A stretch of DNA of 64,000 nucleotides from Bdellovibrionales bacterium (GTDB lineage: Bacteria > Bdellovibrionota > Bdellovibrionia > Bdellovibrionales > UBA1609), in the NCBI GenBank assembly GCA_965219095.1, contig CBDCMT010000001.1:2132892-2196891 (forward strand). Direction: 5' to 3'. The notes under the pieces are model-generated. The model searched no databases and was not told the origin of the DNA. It saw only the letters and a program-made list of their open reading frames with translations. This document shows positions 60,380-64,000 of this stretch, in pieces. Both the position numbers and the translations under genes were made by a program. Positions within the stretch are counted from its first letter, which is position 1. Each line of letters starts with the position of its first letter.

Positions 60380-61262
60380 TCTTTTTATCTTTTTGGCGTT
60401 TTTTTATTTTCCTTTGACAGGCACTTCAGAAAAAAGACTTTCTTCTACGAGAATTCAATGGGCTTTAGTAAGTGTAGAAAAAGCTACTGTTTACAAATAT
60501 GCTAATTTTGATTCCCCTGTGATTCATCATTTTAAATATAGCGAAAAAATTCTTATTACAATGAAACTTTATAAAGGAGTGGGAGGGTTTGGTACATTTT
60601 ATAAAACAAAGCTTAAAAATAAAAAAATAGGTTATATTACTGATATTGAAGTCATCCCACAATACATCAGAGTAGGAGATCATTTAAGACCTAATAAAGA
60701 ATTTCAAGAGTTTGGACTCAGAGAGAGGACAAAACATTTGGAGGATATTTACTTAAGTCGATATTTAGGTGTCTCTAGTAGCTGGGTGGGTTTAACAGAA
60801 AAATGGGGAAAAAAGTCATTTACAAAGTTTGTTTCTTTCTTTGGTTTTAGATTAACAGGGCCTAAATTTATTTCAGAACAATTCCCTTGGGATTTAGAAG
60901 TTTTGATCAATCCTTTTTTGCCAAGCTACTATAAAGATATTCCCTTGAAAGACATTCAAACTGTAATAGATCATTCGGGGTTTCACCTTCAATCTTCACT
61001 GGTTTTTAATATACCTCTTTCTCAAACCATTTTTCGCCTCATATATGCCGGCTTAGGACCTTGTTTTTTCTTTAGAAACATAGGGCTTGAAACCTCTAAA
61101 AACAAATCTTATCATCTTAAACATCTTCGTCTAGGTATGGTTCTACAGTTTGGTCTAGCCTACCGCCTTTCTGAAAATTACCTTATACGTGTGGAGGGAC
61201 GCTATTATATGGAAAAAGTCAGTTATGTTGCAACTAATTTGTCTTTTCAGAAACTTTTTTAA
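60348..61262 (+). CDS. SH3-domain protein with probable C-terminal outer-membrane beta-barrel
   Basis: ATVYKYANFDSPVI..GTFYKTKL..KIGYITDIEV (bacterial SH3-like); alternating beta strands ending in Phe; start codon uncertain. Confidence 0.6.
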   Translation: MEDLVVQGRINLFIFLAFFYFPLTGTSEKRLSSTRIQWALVSVEKATVYKYANFDSPVIHHFKYSEKILITMKLYKGVGGFGTFYKTKLKNKKIGYITDIEVIPQYIRVGDHLRPNKEFQEFGLRERTKHLEDIYLSRYLGVSSSWVGLTEKWGKKSFTKFVSFFGFRLTGPKFISEQFPWDLEVLINPFLPSYYKDIPLKDIQTVIDHSGFHLQSSLVFNIPLSQTIFRLIYAGLGPCFFFRNIGLETSKNKSYHLKHLRLGMVLQFGLAYRLSENYLIRVEGRYYMEKVSYVATNLSFQKLF

Positions 61263-63321
61263 GAGGCTTTTTTTCTAAAACTAAACCTTCTCTTTCTAAA
61301 AGAGCCCTTATATCAGGCTCTCTTTTTCTAAATCTTTTATAAAGAGTTAAAGGATCTTCTGTATTGCCTCGGCTTAAAATAGAATCTCTAAACCTTTCAG
61401 CCACTTCCTTGTTGAAAATCCCCTCTTCTTGAAATATTTTATAAGCATCTGCATCTAAAACTTCAGCCCATTTATAGCCGTAGTATCCTGAATCATAGCC
61501 CCCAGAAAATATATGAGCGAAATGGCAGGAAGAAGAAGATTTTTTCAAAGGAGCTAATAACTGAGCTTTTTTTGTTGCTTTAGCTTCAAAATCTTCTAAA
61601 AGTGAAATATCAGGTAAATCAGAAAGGTTATGCCAAGCCATATCTAGGAACCCGAAAGAAAGTTGCCTTAAACAACGTATACCGGATTGAAACTGTAATT
61701 GACCTTTAATTTTTGCAAACAAATCATCAGGCAAGGGTTTTGCTGTTTCATAATGTTCTGAGATAAGCTGTAAGCTTTCTTTTTCGTAAATCCAGTTTTC
61801 CATAATTTGAGAAGGAAGTTCTACAAAATCTATAAAAACAGCAGTGCCTGAAAGAGAACTCATTTTGCAATCAGACAAAATATCATGGAGGGCATGACCA
61901 AACTCATGAAAAAGGGTTCGCACATCATTTTGTGTAAGAAGACTAGGTTTACTCTTACTAGGTTTTGGAAAATTACAGCAAATCAGGGCATGACAAAAAC
62001 TTCTCGTTCCTAAAAAATCACTTCCTTGTGGCTTAAAGCGAGTCTTCCAAGCTCCTTGTGATTTTGTATCTCTTGAAAATAAATCCAAATAAAGAAGCCC
62101 TCTATAATCACCTTTACGATAAACTTCATAAACTTTCACAGTTTCTTCGTAGACAGGATAGTTTTTCGTTTTTTTGAATTCTAAATCATAAAGTCTCTTA
62201 GCATGTTCAAAAAGACCCTCTAAGCTCTTCTCTAAGGGGAAGTACTCTCTTAGTTTTTGAGTGTCTATATCAAATTTCTTTTTCATCAGTTTGTCTGAAT
62301 AATAGTTTAAATCCCAATACTGAAAATCTTCAATGCCATCTTCTTTTAAAGCTAAGTCCTTTACCTCTTTGAGTTCTTTTAAAGCTTTAGGACGGTAGGC
62401 TTTTAGTAGATTCTCCAAAAATGAGATCACTTTATGAGGAGATTTTGCCATACTTTTTTTGAGCTTATACTCAGAGTAATTTGAAAAACCTAAAAGCTTA
62501 GCTTTTTTTAATCTCAAATCAATGATTTTGAGTACAATTTCAGAATTGTCAAATTCATCCTTATAATTTCGACAGGATATAAGTTTAAAAAACTTTTTTC
62601 TTAGATCTCTTCTTTTGCAATAATATAGAAAAGGCACATAGCTTGCTCTTAAAGAAGTAAAAGCCCAACCTTCTTTTTTTTCCTTTTCTGCTAATTTTTT
62701 AGCTTCTAAAACACAGTCTTCAGGCAAGCCTTCTAGGGCTTTTTTATCAGTTAAATAAAAACGAAAACTTTCCTGAAACTTAATTAAGTTTTGAGAAAAC
62801 TGGTTGCCTAAAAGTTCTATTTCCTCGTCTGTATCCATAAGTTTTTTACGATTTTCTTCTGAAAGCAGAGTTCCCTCGAGAACTAATCTCTCATAGAGTA
62901 AATCTAAGTAGCGAAGCTCTTCATGGTTTAAGGAGTTCCTTTCCATCTCATTTTTATAAACAGTTTCTATTTTTCTAAAAAACTGGGGATTCTTGTTCAT
63001 CGCAGAGAAGGTTTTTTCCAAAAGAGGGCTGAAGGTTAGCATGGTTTCAGAAAGATCAGAAGAGTGAACAGCTGAGTGCAATTGATAGGAAACACTAACA
63101 ATTGTATCAAAAGAATGGAAGATCTGATTGTAAGGTTTAATGGTGTTTTCATAATTAGGCTGTTTTTCGTGTTCTATAATTTTTGCAAATTTTACTTGAG
63201 CCTCCTTGCACAACTGCTCAAGGGCAGGCATAAAGTGTTCTGCTTTAATCTTATCAAAACGCACAGCACCTTTTTTCAGGTTTGAGGGTATGAGTAAGGG
63301 ATTTTCTTCTAAACTAGACAT
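61234..63321 (-). CDS. M3-family metallopeptidase, copy 2 (native context)
   Basis: LFHEFGHALH, DFVELPSQIMENW, HIFSGGYDSGYYGYKWAEVLDADA. Confidence 0.92.
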   Translation of the reverse strand: MSSLEENPLLIPSNLKKGAVRFDKIKAEHFMPALEQLCKEAQVKFAKIIEHEKQPNYENTIKPYNQIFHSFDTIVSVSYQLHSAVHSSDLSETMLTFSPLLEKTFSAMNKNPQFFRKIETVYKNEMERNSLNHEELRYLDLLYERLVLEGTLLSEENRKKLMDTDEEIELLGNQFSQNLIKFQESFRFYLTDKKALEGLPEDCVLEAKKLAEKEKKEGWAFTSLRASYVPFLYYCKRRDLRKKFFKLISCRNYKDEFDNSEIVLKIIDLRLKKAKLLGFSNYSEYKLKKSMAKSPHKVISFLENLLKAYRPKALKELKEVKDLALKEDGIEDFQYWDLNYYSDKLMKKKFDIDTQKLREYFPLEKSLEGLFEHAKRLYDLEFKKTKNYPVYEETVKVYEVYRKGDYRGLLYLDLFSRDTKSQGAWKTRFKPQGSDFLGTRSFCHALICCNFPKPSKSKPSLLTQNDVRTLFHEFGHALHDILSDCKMSSLSGTAVFIDFVELPSQIMENWIYEKESLQLISEHYETAKPLPDDLFAKIKGQLQFQSGIRCLRQLSFGFLDMAWHNLSDLPDISLLEDFEAKATKKAQLLAPLKKSSSSCHFAHIFSGGYDSGYYGYKWAEVLDADAYKIFQEEGIFNKEVAERFRDSILSRGNTEDPLTLYKRFRKREPDIRALLEREGLVLEKKPLKKVSEKTN

Positions 63322-63397
63322 AGGTATTGTGCGTAAGTCTAAAAAAGGACTGCCTATAAGTCAATAAAAAAAAATCTATACAATATAAAAAATCCTT

Positions 63398-64000
63398 GTG
63401 TATGATCTTTGTGTGTCATTTTTATGTGTAAGCCTATTCCTAGTTCTTTTATTTCTTACCTTCCTGGTACTCTGGCTACCTTTCTATTTATCTCTTATGC
63501 TCTTTTCCGAAAACCTCCTGTGGGCTGTGCCTTTAGCTTTTGTTATGTCTCCTTTTTTCTTACTGGCCTTTTATGGGGTTTTAAATTATCTTATTAAAAA
63601 ACCTTCTCCAGGAGAATATGATAATTTCAATTCTCTTCTTATGCTTCAATGGGGTTTGAAAAGAAATCTTTACGGAGTTTATGCTTTATTCTTCCAAAAA
63701 CTTTTTTTTATTTCAGATCCTATCCGTTTTCTTATTTTACGCACCTTTCAAGCTAAAATCCACCCTAGTTCATGGATTACATCCAGTGTAAAAATTTTTG
63801 AGCCTTATTTTGTCTCTATTGGAAAAGAAAGCCTTATTGGAGAAGATGCTATTCTTGCCACAACCCTATTTCCTAAAACAAAAACTCTTATGACTTATCC
63901 TATAACCATTGGGGATTATGTTCTCATAGGAGGTTTTGCTGGCTTAGGGCCTGGGGTTCATATTGAAAATCACTGCTTCATACAACAAAGAGCCCAAATC
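63398..64000 (+). CDS. Membrane LbH acyltransferase-like protein, copy 2 (runs off the window)
   Basis: Reverse complement of 51267-51869; no differences seen in the segments compared. Confidence 0.8.
   Translation, partial: MYDLCVSFLCVSLFLVLLFLTFLVLWLPFYLSLMLFSENLLWAVPLAFVMSPFFLLAFYGVLNYLIKKPSPGEYDNFNSLLMLQWGLKRNLYGVYALFFQKLFFISDPIRFLILRTFQAKIHPSSWITSSVKIFEPYFVSIGKESLIGEDAILATTLFPKTKTLMTYPITIGDYVLIGGFAGLGPGVHIENHCFIQQRAQI

Noticed and set aside
51946-63321. DGR-type hypermutation between the two M3 genes
   Set aside because: Differences involve all four bases and many synonymous sites rather than being adenine-specific, and no reverse transcriptase is present in the window.
1-64000. tRNA, rRNA, riboswitch or prophage
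   Set aside because: No cloverleaf/T-loop consensus, rRNA-like sequence, recognisable riboswitch core or phage structural genes were seen by eye; a covariance-model scan would be needed to exclude small RNAs.

Overview
AT-rich bacterial chromosomal segment (roughly one-third GC by eye), probably from a Bdellovibrionota-like lineage. This is an inference from the orphan LuxR regulator, the FQNC-type lipoprotein, the SH3/beta-barrel protein and a mevalonate kinase. Blocks of intact core genes are: RND pump, rluB-dsbD-2OG oxygenase, rnr, acyl-CoA dehydrogenase-MBL hydrolase, APC permease-purK-purE, ridA-ydcF-lolC/E-mvk, dsbA-like, luxR-thioesterase, dut-SH3 protein and M3 peptidase. They are separated by dense graveyards of nested insertion sequences covering about 24-25 kb (~38%) of the window. 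The IS families are IS5, IS66 (classical and single-ORF ISBst12-like), two IS630 types, IS982, four IS1634, IS3 and IS30. Main points of interest: (i) a 38-48 bp hairpin mini-MITE family, one copy inserted in a transposase gene with an 8-bp target duplication; (ii) an inverted duplication of a membrane LbH acyltransferase plus M3 peptidase unit, with identical flanks but a mosaic, diverged peptidase interior; (iii) an intact Hhe-like DUF4011-helicase-nuclease gene translationally coupled to a destroyed AlbA_2/Schlafen-domain gene; (iv) an inverted, synonymously diverged second copy of lolC/E-mvk; (v) an apparently catalytically dead M36/M4-like lipoprotein and two secreted ORFans. No CRISPR array, rRNA or tRNA was recognised. 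All family assignments come from motif recognition by eye, not from database searches.
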